Shown here in pieces: positions 1 through 8,931 of a stretch of DNA of 64,000 nt (its first letter is position 1; each line of letters starts with the position of its first letter). A model generated the notes under the pieces. It saw only the letters and a list, made by a program, of their open reading frames with translations. It was not told the origin of the DNA and did no database searches. A program made the translations under genes and the position numbers. This stretch comes from an uncultured Candidatus Saccharibacteria bacterium (GTDB taxonomy: Bacteria > Patescibacteriota > Saccharimonadia > Saccharimonadales > CAZVRA01): NCBI GenBank assembly GCA_964630055.1, contig CAZVRA010000002.1, positions 207,021 to 271,020 on the forward strand. The letters are read 5' to 3'.

Positions 1-500
1 TGCTCGGTGTCGATAGGCCTAAAAGCGTAGTGCTGAGTCCGACTAATTATTGTTTCGGGCAGCTTGTGAGCTTCGGTGGTGGCCAGAATAAAAATAACGT
101 GAGCCGGCGGTTCTTCGAGCGTTTTGAGCAGTGCATTAAATGCCTCTTTAGTAAGCATATGCACTTCATCGATTATATAAACTTTATAACGTGCGCTGGT
201 TGGCATGATATGGACTTTATCGCGCAGGTCTCGTATTTCGTCGATGCGCCGATTGCTGGCCGCATCAATCTCGATAATGTCTATATGGGAGCCGTCTTCG
301 TCGTATGGCAGATTATTGGCGGCGTAGGCCAAGATACGAGCAATACTGGTTTTGCCTACACCTCGTGGACCGGTCAACAAATAGGCGTGACTAAGCTTGT
401 TGTTGTCGAGGGCATTTTGCAGGGCCGTCGTAATATGATCCTGGCCGACAACTTCGGCCAGAGACTTCGAACGATACTTTCTATAAAAAGCCTTCCCCAT
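1..500 (-). CDS. dnaX: DNA polymerase III subunit gamma/tau, N-terminal part (gene continues beyond left edge)
   Basis: Absent from the ORF track because there is no stop in the window. Reverse complement from ATG (500..498) reads [58 protein letters not shown]...[27 protein letters not shown]. This shows Walker A, DEVH and the LKTLEEPP clamp-loader box. Confidence 0.85.
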   Translation of the reverse strand, partial: MGKAFYRKYRSKSLAEVVGQDHITTALQNALDNNKLSHAYLLTGPRGVGKTSIARILAYAANNLPYDEDGSHIDIIEIDAASNRRIDEIRDLRDKVHIMPTSARYKVYIIDEVHMLTKEAFNALLKTLEEPPAHVIFILATTEAHKLPETIISRTQHYAFRPIDTE

Positions 501-572
501 ACTTATGTATAGTATAGTTCAAAAGTAGCTCTAGTAGCTACAAAAAGTGTCTTTTACAACATGTTTTTGAGG

Positions 573-1082
573 CTAAAGAGCGGCTTCTAGGGCTGCCCAC
601 TCGGCGTTTTCATCGTCTTCGGGTACATTTACGCTAACTTGGTCGCCCGGCTTGGCTTTAAAATAAGTTACGCTGGCCAACAAAACTCGGTAAGCTCGTC
701 CGCTAACATTTACAGTGTAGTGGCCATCTTGTAGTTCCAAAACACCGACAAGCTGCTTACGAACTATCGGCCCAATTTGTTTGTATAAAAATGTGCCATC
801 ACCGGCAATTGTTAATTTTAAAATATCGCCTTGGACTAACTTAGATTTACTAGCGTAATTAGCTGGTACGGGGTAAGTTTTGCCATCGCTACCCATCATA
901 TTTTGGCCGTCAAAAACACCCTCTATAATTTTGCCTAGGCCATCGTCTTTGACAGCGGCAGTTATTACGGGGTCATCGCCAACTAAGCTAGTTAGCAGCT
1001 CTTTGGCGGCAGCTAAATTTGTTTCTGCCTCTTGAATAAGGCTTTTTAGCCTCTTGATTTGCTTTTCCGGAACGTCTGCCAT
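573..1082 (-). CDS. hypothetical protein (N-terminal coiled-coil-like segment, beta-rich C-terminus)
   Basis: 169 aa ORF with ATG start, co-directional between the sigma factor gene and dnaX. No motif I can name. Confidence 0.55.
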   Translation of the reverse strand: MADVPEKQIKRLKSLIQEAETNLAAAKELLTSLVGDDPVITAAVKDDGLGKIIEGVFDGQNMMGSDGKTYPVPANYASKSKLVQGDILKLTIAGDGTFLYKQIGPIVRKQLVGVLELQDGHYTVNVSGRAYRVLLASVTYFKAKPGDQVSVNVPEDDENAEWAALEAAL

Positions 1083-1159
1083 CTAGGCTCTCCTATACTC
1101 CAATGTGTTTGTCTTAAGTACACCTACTGGCTTAAACGTAGCACGATGTGTAGGCTGTG

Positions 1160-2167
1160 TCAAAATTTTAATGTGTTTGCCTGTGGAAAACTGCCGAGTT
1201 GTTTTAGTTCTGGTCGCAGTAATTCTATTATAGTATTTCTTATATGTTTTAACCGTCTTGATATAGTGACAATGCTTACGTTTCTCTCGTCGGCTAGTAG
1301 CTTATACTTTGGCGGCTCATCGTCTAGCGCATTAAGTCCGGTGCTTTGATAAAAAAGATCAAAATCTTCGGGGTCAAGAACGCGCTTAATGTGATTAATT
1401 AAGATATCAAAATCAAGCCGATCTTCGACGTGCTCTATCTCGTGCGAATCGACTACTGGCAGGAGGTCGGTCAAGGTGGTGGTTGTATCGTCAAAATTTA
1501 TTACGGGTTCGTCTAGCGAAATAGGTCGTCGCTGAGCCAAGTAAGCCTGTCTGACCGAATCGAGCTGGCGGACATTAATGTTGATTGTTGCTTGAATTGC
1601 CATCATTGACATGCCCTGCTCTTTAAGCTGCCTATAAGTTCTAAACAATTGCTGATTTTTAACATGCTCAGGCACATGAACACTGCTATTGTTGGCTCGC
1701 CAGCGCTTTATTGACTGACATATCCAGGGCGTGGCATAAGTGGTCAAACGAGTGGCGCGGTCGAGGTCGTATTTTCGGATGGCATGTTCTAGGCCAATAT
1801 TACCGCTGGATACATGCTCCATTAGCTCCTCTGGATCATGCGGGTCTAGCCTATAGCGAGAAGCTACATGGAGTACATAGGGTTGCATAGCCGACATTAT
1901 TATTTGTTTTGCAGCTCGCCCACGTACAATAATTTCTTTGACTTCGGGGTCCTGAGACGCTTGGTCGTAGTCGGGTGTGGACTGGAGTGCTTGAGCATCT
2001 TTTACTTGCCCAAGATAGAGCAGTTCTTGCTCGGCATTTAAACGGCGTGACTCTTCGGTTATTCTTTGCTTATAAAGAGCCACTACATCAGGCACACTGG
2101 TGGCGTCTGGGATGTCAGGAATATTAAGCGTATCAGGGATCCTCCCCTGTCGATTACTACTAGTCAT
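1160..2167 (-). CDS. RNA polymerase sigma-70 family factor
   Basis: 335 aa. Region 2-like HVASRYRL...GNIGLEHAIRKYD...TYATPWICQSIKRW and a C-terminal region 4 HTH-like VSIVTISRRLKHIRNTI. Confidence 0.85.
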   Translation of the reverse strand: MTSSNRQGRIPDTLNIPDIPDATSVPDVVALYKQRITEESRRLNAEQELLYLGQVKDAQALQSTPDYDQASQDPEVKEIIVRGRAAKQIIMSAMQPYVLHVASRYRLDPHDPEELMEHVSSGNIGLEHAIRKYDLDRATRLTTYATPWICQSIKRWRANNSSVHVPEHVKNQQLFRTYRQLKEQGMSMMAIQATININVRQLDSVRQAYLAQRRPISLDEPVINFDDTTTTLTDLLPVVDSHEIEHVEDRLDFDILINHIKRVLDPEDFDLFYQSTGLNALDDEPPKYKLLADERNVSIVTISRRLKHIRNTIIELLRPELKQLGSFPQANTLKF

Positions 2168-2228
2168 AGCCTCATATTAACTTTCGCCGGATTATACTGC
2201 AAGCATAACCAATTAATAATTTTTGTGT

Positions 2229-2268
2229 TTAAAAAACAATCACTCGCCCCTTGGTTGAGGCGAGTGAT
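2229..2268 (-). terminator. intrinsic terminator downstream of rplL
   Basis: The minus strand reads ATCACTCGCC-tcaaccaag-GGCGAGTGAT followed by TGTTTTTT. This is a 10 bp perfect stem, placed between the rplL stop and the sigma gene. Confidence 0.6.
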
Positions 2269-2328
2269 GTTTGCTTTTAGCCCGCGGGCTAGTTATGAGC
2301 TAGCAGTTAATCTACAGGAATCAGAAGA

Positions 2329-2712
2329 TTAGGCTAGTTCTACTGTAGCGCCAGCTGCTTCTAGAGCTTTTTTGGCTGCTTCGGCATCCTCGGTCTTAGC
2401 TTTTTCTAGGACAGTCTTAGGCGCTCCGTCAACTATAGCCTTGGCCTCGCCAAGACCCAAGTTGGTCAGTTCTTTTACAGCTTTAATAACTGCAACTTTT
2501 TGAGCACCGGCATCTTTTAGGATGACGTCGTATTCGCTTTTGCCTTCGTCGGCAGCAGCGGCATCGCCACCACCAGCTGGAGCAGCAACGGCCACAGCAG
2601 CGGCTGCGGGCTCAATACCGTATTCGTCTTTTAGTATAGTTCCTAGTTCGTTAACTTCTAGAACACTTAGGTTTACTAGCTCTTCGGCTAATTTTTTTAA
2701 ATCTTTGGCCAT
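2329..2712 (-). CDS. rplL: 50S ribosomal protein L7/L12
   Basis: 127 aa. Ala-rich hinge plus C-terminal [28 protein letters not shown], typical of L7/L12. Follows rplJ. Confidence 0.95.
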   Translation of the reverse strand: MAKDLKKLAEELVNLSVLEVNELGTILKDEYGIEPAAAAVAVAAPAGGGDAAAADEGKSEYDVILKDAGAQKVAVIKAVKELTNLGLGEAKAIVDGAPKTVLEKAKTEDAEAAKKALEAAGATVELA

Positions 2713-2778
2713 GATTTCTCCTTAATAATTTGTAAATTAAACTTAAATTTATGATCGAAGCCCGGGTGGCTTAGCTAC

Positions 2779-3300
2779 TTAGGCAGCCTTAGTTGCAATT
2801 GCGTCCAAAAGACCATGCAAATTGCCGCCCAGGGCGCTCATTGCGCCTCGCAGTGGTGACTGCAAAGTATTTACTACACCAGCAATTAGTTGAGTCTTGC
2901 TTGGTAGTTGCGACAATGTCTTAACTTCGTCGGCTGACATAAACTGACCTTCGGCGGTGATAGCACCTACAAACTCAAGCGTTGGCTGATTTTTGGCAAA
3001 CTCGGCTATAGTTTGAGCTGGAGCAACTTCGTCGTCATTGTTAAAAGCATACAAAAGCATGCCTTTTAAGGCACTAGCGTCTGCGTCTTTTAGGTCCTTG
3101 TTGGCCTGGACTGCTTTAATAACTAGGCGGTTTTTGATGACTTTTAGGGTGGTGCCATTTTGATAGCCCGACTGGCGCAAGGCTTGCATAGCCTTGACGG
3201 GTGTGCCTTGGTATTGGGCGACAACTGTCATGCGCGACTTTTCGAGCAGCTCAGATACTTCTGCTACCACATCATTTTTTTGTTGTTTGGTTAAAGCCAT
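2779..3300 (-). CDS. rplJ: 50S ribosomal protein L10
   Basis: 173 aa L10-like sequence located upstream of rplL. Confidence 0.93.
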   Translation of the reverse strand: MALTKQQKNDVVAEVSELLEKSRMTVVAQYQGTPVKAMQALRQSGYQNGTTLKVIKNRLVIKAVQANKDLKDADASALKGMLLYAFNNDDEVAPAQTIAEFAKNQPTLEFVGAITAEGQFMSADEVKTLSQLPSKTQLIAGVVNTLQSPLRGAMSALGGNLHGLLDAIATKAA

Positions 3301-3371
3301 AATGGATTCTCCCTAGATTGTTGATTGATTTGGCCAGCCGATCGACCATTTAGCGGCCTTGCCAAAGTACC

Positions 3372-3400
3372 AAAAAAACCTCTGTTGTTACCAGAGGTTT
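3372..3400 (-). terminator. terminator-like hairpin inside the rplJ 5' leader (candidate attenuator)
   Basis: The minus strand reads AAACCTCTG-gtaacaa-CAGAGGTTT running into a 7-T run. It lies about 75 nt upstream of the rplJ ATG and downstream of the predicted promoter. Confidence 0.45.
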
Positions 3401-3514
3401 GTGAGTTGTGCAAAAAATTAAAATAAAAGCTTGCACCTAGGCGACATAATTAAGGTTTGGCTTGGCATTGATTTTGCCGAGCTATTCCCGTCGCTGTCTT
3501 TGGTAACTGGGGTA

Positions 3515-3544
3515 ATTATACTACAGCCAACCGTTCAAGGTCAA
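3515..3544 (-). promoter_or_regulatory. candidate sigma-70 promoter for rplJ-rplL
   Basis: Minus strand TTGACC (3544..3539), 18 nt spacer, TATAAT (3520..3515). This leaves a leader of about 210 nt. Confidence 0.4.
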
Positions 3545-3626
3545 GTTTAGGCCTTGACTGAAGCGCTTGATTCGAGTATAAAGAATCTTTATGTATGCGT
3601 GTCGGTGGACACAGTAAATAACAAAA

Positions 3627-4646
3627 GTGACCACATATATGAATCAGTCAACTGTCTTTCGGCCTGTACCGCCACTAGTAGATCTAGAGGCTTTTTCGTT
3701 GAGAAGCGATCCGGGTAAGACATTAGCCGAGGCCGTTGATCAGATTGATCCACAAGATGACAGCGGCGATAAGCTGATGTCGATTGCCGGTTTGGTGCGC
3801 GATTGCGCTGATTTTGAGCCTGAGGCACGTTATTGGCACGGCGAAACAACCAGGGCTGATTGTATAGGCTTTACTTATGTAGTTGACGCGGCGGTTGAAC
3901 GTATAGGGCTGGATTCGCGAATAGCTTTTTGTAATTCGCACGCTTTTAATTTAGTAGTCGATAAATCTACTGAGGAAATTCATATGGTTAATACTGAGTC
4001 ACAAAGTTTGTGGCGAACAGATATCGCTCGCAATCTAACGACATTTGGCATGTTAGCTCCCTCGGAATTCGATGACATATTAGAAACTGATCGTGACATT
4101 AGCTATTATTCCCTGCAAACCCACCGCGTGATGGTTGAGCAGCACCGTTTGCCTTGGCTGAGGAATAATTTTCCGGTGTTGGCGGTCATGCAGGCAGAGA
4201 TTGGTCGTCGAGCGTTGTATTCTTTTTTGCATTTTTCAACGCAGCTATCTTGTGGGAGCGCCGAATCAATACAGGTATCAATAGATAACTTGCATGGTTG
4301 TAATCCGCAAATAGAAACACGGCCTCGGGTAAATGGTAATTTAAGGCAGTTTATTAGGCGGATTGATGCTTGGTCTAATGACGACTCTATGGAGACCGAG
4401 CAAATAACAAATACTATTAATGCTTATGACGAAATCATGCCATATAAAACTAAAAGCTGGTCGGTTTTTATTGGCGATTGCCTTAGGCGTATAGGTGCGG
4501 TGCGAGCTGAAGTGCCCTTGCTTGACGCGGCGCTCGATAATTATAGAACAGCCCAAGAGCGAAGTCGCAGTCTTGATGATCATACCTTGGCTGGCAAGGT
4601 TCAAAAAACTTACCGAGAACTTATGCGCTGTCGAAGTTATGGATAG
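3627..4646 (+). CDS. hypothetical protein with transglutaminase-like Cys/His core (putative)
   Basis: 339 aa. The segment DCIGFTYVVDAAVERIGLDSRIAFCNSHAFNLVVDKSTEEIHMVNTES resembles the C-x2-F...G(I/L)xxR...HA(W/F)x(E/L)V...D/N layout of the transglutaminase core fold. Opposite strand to its neighbours. Confidence 0.5.
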   Translation: MTTYMNQSTVFRPVPPLVDLEAFSLRSDPGKTLAEAVDQIDPQDDSGDKLMSIAGLVRDCADFEPEARYWHGETTRADCIGFTYVVDAAVERIGLDSRIAFCNSHAFNLVVDKSTEEIHMVNTESQSLWRTDIARNLTTFGMLAPSEFDDILETDRDISYYSLQTHRVMVEQHRLPWLRNNFPVLAVMQAEIGRRALYSFLHFSTQLSCGSAESIQVSIDNLHGCNPQIETRPRVNGNLRQFIRRIDAWSNDDSMETEQITNTINAYDEIMPYKTKSWSVFIGDCLRRIGAVRAEVPLLDAALDNYRTAQERSRSLDDHTLAGKVQKTYRELMRCRSYG

Positions 4647-7017
4647 ATTCGGTGCCACCCATTTGGTTTAGCTTAAATTGGGTGTAGCGCTCGGCAGCCA
4701 GCCGGCTAAGTTCTGGGTCTTCGCTTTGGTTTACAAAACGCATAGATGAGCCAATTAGCGGATGGACCTGGCACAGTTTATTGTGCATTTCTTGAACTAA
4801 TTTTCGATAACCAGGATGGCCCTGAGGACTGGTGCGGAGTTCGTGAAGATGAAAGGCTTCGCGGGCATTGTATGTGACTTTCCAGCGCATTTTGTGGCCC
4901 AGCAGCACCGCGTACTGTGCTTCTAGAGGATACTTTTGTGACTGCAAGTCACTATATAGCCGCAAGCTGATGTCAAAACATTTTTGAAATTTTTCCGTTA
5001 GGCCAGCTTGTTCTATGAGTTCTGGCATATCGTAACCATAGCGCGGCGTTAGCTGTTGCCATTCAAGGTCATCGACCATACGATGTCGTTGCAGGTCTCG
5101 GAATATACCGTAGTCACACACCAAATCCCAGCTGTAGTGAGCTTTTTCTAGTGCTCTACCCGGTTTATGGCGACGGTTTAGCCGCTCACCCATGTAGGTA
5201 GCAAATGCTTGGCTTTTAGTCTTGTAGCTAAGCTGATCTGTATGTTTGGTTATTTCTTGGAGCGACAAATGGCTATGCTCGTAAAGCATGTCTGGTAGCA
5301 ATTCTAGCTCGTTGCGCGGCCAAACGCTTGTTAAGCGTACTGCTTCCTGATATTGACCATAATCTGGCGGCAAAATAGTATCGGTCAGCTTTTGCATGTC
5401 TGACGCCGTTTGAGCTCGATAAGCAATAATAGCACCACCTCTATCTGGCTTGTCGGCGCGTTCCAAAAATGTTGGAATGACTTTTCTGGCTTGTTCTAAT
5501 AAGGCTTTTCCGGTATCGATAGCCTCCGGCAAAGTGTCGCTTAGAAGGTGCATAATAAGACTTTCTAAGGCTTGCCCAGAAGCATATATACCAACCGTAG
5601 ATTGAGTGGCCACTGGCAAAACTGCCCTGACTGCGTCGCAAGCTTGAGCCCGTGTTGCACCTTGCCAAGCGATATCTTGCTCCTCTTTTGGTACCGACGA
5701 TTGCTGTCTTACATAAGCGGTTAATTGATGGACCATATCAGAATATAAATCGAATATAGAATCCATGGCTGATGTGTACTTGGCTTTTAAATCGCTCGGC
5801 AGGTAGTTAGGCACATGGTATTTGTAGTGGCCATTATTGTCTTTTTGGTCGAAGTATATGTAGCGAGTTGACTGCTCCAAGTATGATGCTAGGCGACCCC
5901 ATTCTAGCTTTTTGGTTAACAGGTTGCTGGCCTGCTCGACCACCACATGCAAGCCAACCAGTTGCTGAACCGAATCATCGCCGTAGGCGGTTATAACCCT
6001 TTGCAGTAGCGCTTGGTCTTTGTCGGCCGCTGCCGCAAATTCGTCTAAGATGGTTATTCGCATGTCGTCGCCCCGGCGACTTAGTCTGGCCATAGCGGCT
6101 GCCACTGTGGTAGCGCTGAGCTCGTTAGTAAAAGCATAAACATTACTGCCAGAGCTGGTGACAGTTTTATTTAGGAATTCCAAGCCAGCGTCGGTTATGG
6201 TTATTTGAGACTTGGACTTGCCGGTTTGTGAATTATCCGATATAGATTTTACAATGTAGGGATTTGATTGGCTGGCTTTTTGAGGGGTTGGTGGGGCACT
6301 TTTTTTGGCAGGCAACAACGGTTGGATTGTTTCCCAGAGCATATCATTGACAACTGGTATAGGTAGTAGCTGTTGGTTGCGGACGCAATCGACTTGCTGG
6401 AAGTCTTTCGGAAACAGCTGGCAGAGATTGTCGTAAACCTCGACTGAGCGTTTAAGGTGATTAAGGTCTGCCTCGTGAAGATCGCGTTTTTTTGTGGTGT
6501 AGCTACGTTCGGCCTTTTGGTCGACCAAAGATTGGGCTACATCGGCCGGTACTCGCAGGACAATGCTCTTGGTTGGCCGGGGGACGCCCAGAAGCATGAA
6601 TTCTAAGTTATCGAGCCATATAAAATAGCCACGTCTTTCGTCGGGGTGGTTAAATTTGGTGCCCTGGTGGGCCATATTACTGCCAGTAAAACGGTTGCAT
6701 AGCACAACCTTGCCCTGCTCCAGAGCTTGACGAATAGCTGGAGCTGCTTCATAGCGATCTAGGGCGTAAAAAAGTGAGCCGGTATAAGGCCCTACTTGCT
6801 CGGCACTGCCATAATTGCCGTTTAGATATTGCCGAACAAAATAACTGCTCGGTTGGTCATACTGCGGGAAGTCAAAAACTACTACATCGTATCCATCGGC
6901 CACTAGACGATTGTGTAATAGTTTAAATTGGGTGCCTTTGCCCGAACCATCGGTGCCCTCCAGGACTATAAAGGCGCCACTGTATTCTTGAGTGTTTGGC
7001 AGGTTTGGCTTTTTCAT
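4621..7017 (-). CDS. tmk-thyX: fusion protein: thymidylate kinase (N-terminal) + long FAD-dependent thymidylate synthase ThyX-like region (C-terminal)
   Basis: Start moved to ATG 7017 (MKKPNLPNT...), which overlaps the dcd stop as ATGA. N-terminus FIVLEGTDGSGKGTQFKLL is the Tmk P-loop. The C-terminal ~530 aa carries the ThyX RHR signature (LQRHRM, nt 5080..5088) followed by QQLTPRY. An upstream degenerate ThyX-like half has AMARLSRRGDDMR. Confidence 0.8.
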   Translation of the reverse strand: MKKPNLPNTQEYSGAFIVLEGTDGSGKGTQFKLLHNRLVADGYDVVVFDFPQYDQPSSYFVRQYLNGNYGSAEQVGPYTGSLFYALDRYEAAPAIRQALEQGKVVLCNRFTGSNMAHQGTKFNHPDERRGYFIWLDNLEFMLLGVPRPTKSIVLRVPADVAQSLVDQKAERSYTTKKRDLHEADLNHLKRSVEVYDNLCQLFPKDFQQVDCVRNQQLLPIPVVNDMLWETIQPLLPAKKSAPPTPQKASQSNPYIVKSISDNSQTGKSKSQITITDAGLEFLNKTVTSSGSNVYAFTNELSATTVAAAMARLSRRGDDMRITILDEFAAAADKDQALLQRVITAYGDDSVQQLVGLHVVVEQASNLLTKKLEWGRLASYLEQSTRYIYFDQKDNNGHYKYHVPNYLPSDLKAKYTSAMDSIFDLYSDMVHQLTAYVRQQSSVPKEEQDIAWQGATRAQACDAVRAVLPVATQSTVGIYASGQALESLIMHLLSDTLPEAIDTGKALLEQARKVIPTFLERADKPDRGGAIIAYRAQTASDMQKLTDTILPPDYGQYQEAVRLTSVWPRNELELLPDMLYEHSHLSLQEITKHTDQLSYKTKSQAFATYMGERLNRRHKPGRALEKAHYSWDLVCDYGIFRDLQRHRMVDDLEWQQLTPRYGYDMPELIEQAGLTEKFQKCFDISLRLYSDLQSQKYPLEAQYAVLLGHKMRWKVTYNAREAFHLHELRTSPQGHPGYRKLVQEMHNKLCQVHPLIGSSMRFVNQSEDPELSRLAAERYTQFKLNQMGGTESIHNFDSA

Positions 7018-7727
7018 CGGGCTTTTAAACCTTGTATTACCTCCGGCAAGTGCCGCTTGTCTTTGTAGGCTTTGGGCAACATTTGCTCTGGCGTCCAATT
7101 GGCAATTAGCTCGCCTAGCGAAGTGCCACTTTGGTATTTACCGCTCATGCCATCATCGCGTCCCTCGCCGTAGTTGCCCTCTACCTCGCCAGTTTCTAGA
7201 AAAATAGCTTGAGCAATACGCTCGCCCACTGGCAGTAGGATTGTTTCGTGTTCGTTGAGGTTATAGATTTCGAGTGTTAGACGATTAATATACCCTGGGT
7301 CGACCCAGCCAGCATCAAAACAAACTGCAATACCATTGCGACCCCAACTGCTACGTGATTTTACCTCGTAAGCACCGGGTGGAATAATCCCAAAAAATTC
7401 ATGGGTATGCGCTAGTATCCGTTCGCCGGGTTTGAGTGGAATGACTGGATGCTCCAGTGGAATTCCGGCTAGCGGTTTAACGCCGTTTATGTTGCACCAA
7501 TCTCGATGGACTACGGCTTGCTGAACTTCGCCAAAATAGCGCCTAACATCAACTTCATCAAATGGGTTGTATACAAAGCCTCTGGTTGTTTGCCCGGTTC
7601 GGTAATAATAGTGGCCAAGTGTGACGTCAAGACTGGCGTGACTGATATGCCTGGGGTTAAAGGGGGTGCAAACAATGTGCCCGTCTTTGATTGCTTGCCG
7701 AATTTGTTTGTTGCTATAGACGCCCAC
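7014..7727 (-). CDS. dcd: dCTP deaminase family protein
   Basis: 237 aa. N-terminus MGVYSNKQIRQAIKDGHIVCTPF and SLDVTLG are typical of the Dcd/dUTPase superfamily. Confidence 0.8.
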   Translation of the reverse strand: MGVYSNKQIRQAIKDGHIVCTPFNPRHISHASLDVTLGHYYYRTGQTTRGFVYNPFDEVDVRRYFGEVQQAVVHRDWCNINGVKPLAGIPLEHPVIPLKPGERILAHTHEFFGIIPPGAYEVKSRSSWGRNGIAVCFDAGWVDPGYINRLTLEIYNLNEHETILLPVGERIAQAIFLETGEVEGNYGEGRDDGMSGKYQSGTSLGELIANWTPEQMLPKAYKDKRHLPEVIQGLKAR

Positions 7728-7850
7728 TAACCAATACCCTCCATGGATTTACCTTGGTATTAGCGTTGACCCCACCATCGCCGCTTATAACACTATTGTA
7801 GCATAGGTTCTAGGGCCGATTAAAGCCAAAAACCCAATTTTTAGAAACGA

Positions 7851-8870
7851 CTAATTGACACTTAAGCGGATGCTTGGGCCCATACTAGTTGTTAGGAATA
7901 TCGATTTAATGTAGACACCCTTAACTCCCGCTGGCTTGTTGGCGCGTATGCTGGCCATAACAGCGTCGACGTTGGCTTGTAGTTTTTCTACCCCAAAGCT
8001 GACCTTACCTACTCCTAGGTGGACAATACCGGTGCTATCGACTCGGTATTCGACTCGACCAGCCTTGGCCTCGGTGACGGCTTTGGCTACATCGGTAGTG
8101 ACTGTGCCGCTTTTAGGATTGGGCATGAGGCCTTTAGGACCAAGTACACGAGCATATTTACCAAGTTTGGCCATCATGGCTGGGGTGGCAATTAATACAT
8201 CAAAATCGGTTTGGCCTTTGTCTAGCAGCTTTATGACCGAATCGGTACCAGCTAGATCCGCCCCGGCTTTGGTGGCGGCTGCGGCATCATCGTTGTCGGC
8301 AAAAACCGCAATTTTAATTTTTTTACCCGTACCGCTTGGCAAAGTTAGGTTGTCGCGAATATTTTGGTCAGCATGGCGCGGGTCTACGTTAAGACGTACG
8401 TGCAGCTCTACGGTGGCATCAAATTTTACAGGGCTAGTTTTTACGACTAGCTCCAGGCCTTCTTTTAAATTGTGGTCTTTTTGGCTGTCGACCAATTTGG
8501 CGACTTGTTTAAACTTTTTGCCGCGCCGCTCCAGCAGACTGCGTGTTTTAGGCGCTGGCTTGGCTTTGGTGGCAGCTTCGGGGTCGTCGGCTGTAGCTTT
8601 GCGATCTTCTCTGGCTTGCTTTTCGGCCGATTCTCTTAAAGATTTCGTGCTTCTTTTGCCGGCTTTGGCTACTTTACCGCTAGCAGCTTTTAATGGCGAT
8701 TCAGCAACCGATTCCATTTTAGGCTCGGCCTTGGACTCGGCTACTTCTGCTTGATTACTTGTTTGACTCTTAGGCCGATTATTTTCTTTAGTAGTCCCAT
8801 CTTTTTGGGCCTCCTGTTTTACTTTTGTTGAAGCTACTGTTTCTTTACTGGCTTTTTTGGCTTCTGCCAT
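7851..8870 (-). CDS. rplA: 50S ribosomal protein L1 with ~107 aa Lys/Ala/Glu-rich N-terminal extension
   Basis: Start chosen at ATG 8870 (MAEAKKASKE). The canonical L1 core begins near RRGKKFKQVAKLVD. Follows rplK. Confidence 0.9.
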   Translation of the reverse strand: MAEAKKASKETVASTKVKQEAQKDGTTKENNRPKSQTSNQAEVAESKAEPKMESVAESPLKAASGKVAKAGKRSTKSLRESAEKQAREDRKATADDPEAATKAKPAPKTRSLLERRGKKFKQVAKLVDSQKDHNLKEGLELVVKTSPVKFDATVELHVRLNVDPRHADQNIRDNLTLPSGTGKKIKIAVFADNDDAAAATKAGADLAGTDSVIKLLDKGQTDFDVLIATPAMMAKLGKYARVLGPKGLMPNPKSGTVTTDVAKAVTEAKAGRVEYRVDSTGIVHLGVGKVSFGVEKLQANVDAVMASIRANKPAGVKGVYIKSIFLTTSMGPSIRLSVN

Positions 8871-8931
8871 AAATATTCCTTTCGTGGTCCAAGCGGCAAT
8901 TCTGGTTGCCTCCCACAATAATTAAATTATT

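Noticed and set aside
30-512. 160 aa plus-strand ORF at the left edge
   Set aside because: It is antisense to a clear dnaX N-terminus (Walker [13 protein letters not shown]) that the track omits only because dnaX has no stop in the window.
7936-8754. 272 aa Ser/Ala/Leu-rich plus-strand ORF
   Set aside because: It is the antisense shadow of rplA, including its Lys/Ala/Glu-rich extension. The low-complexity mirror composition explains the open frame.
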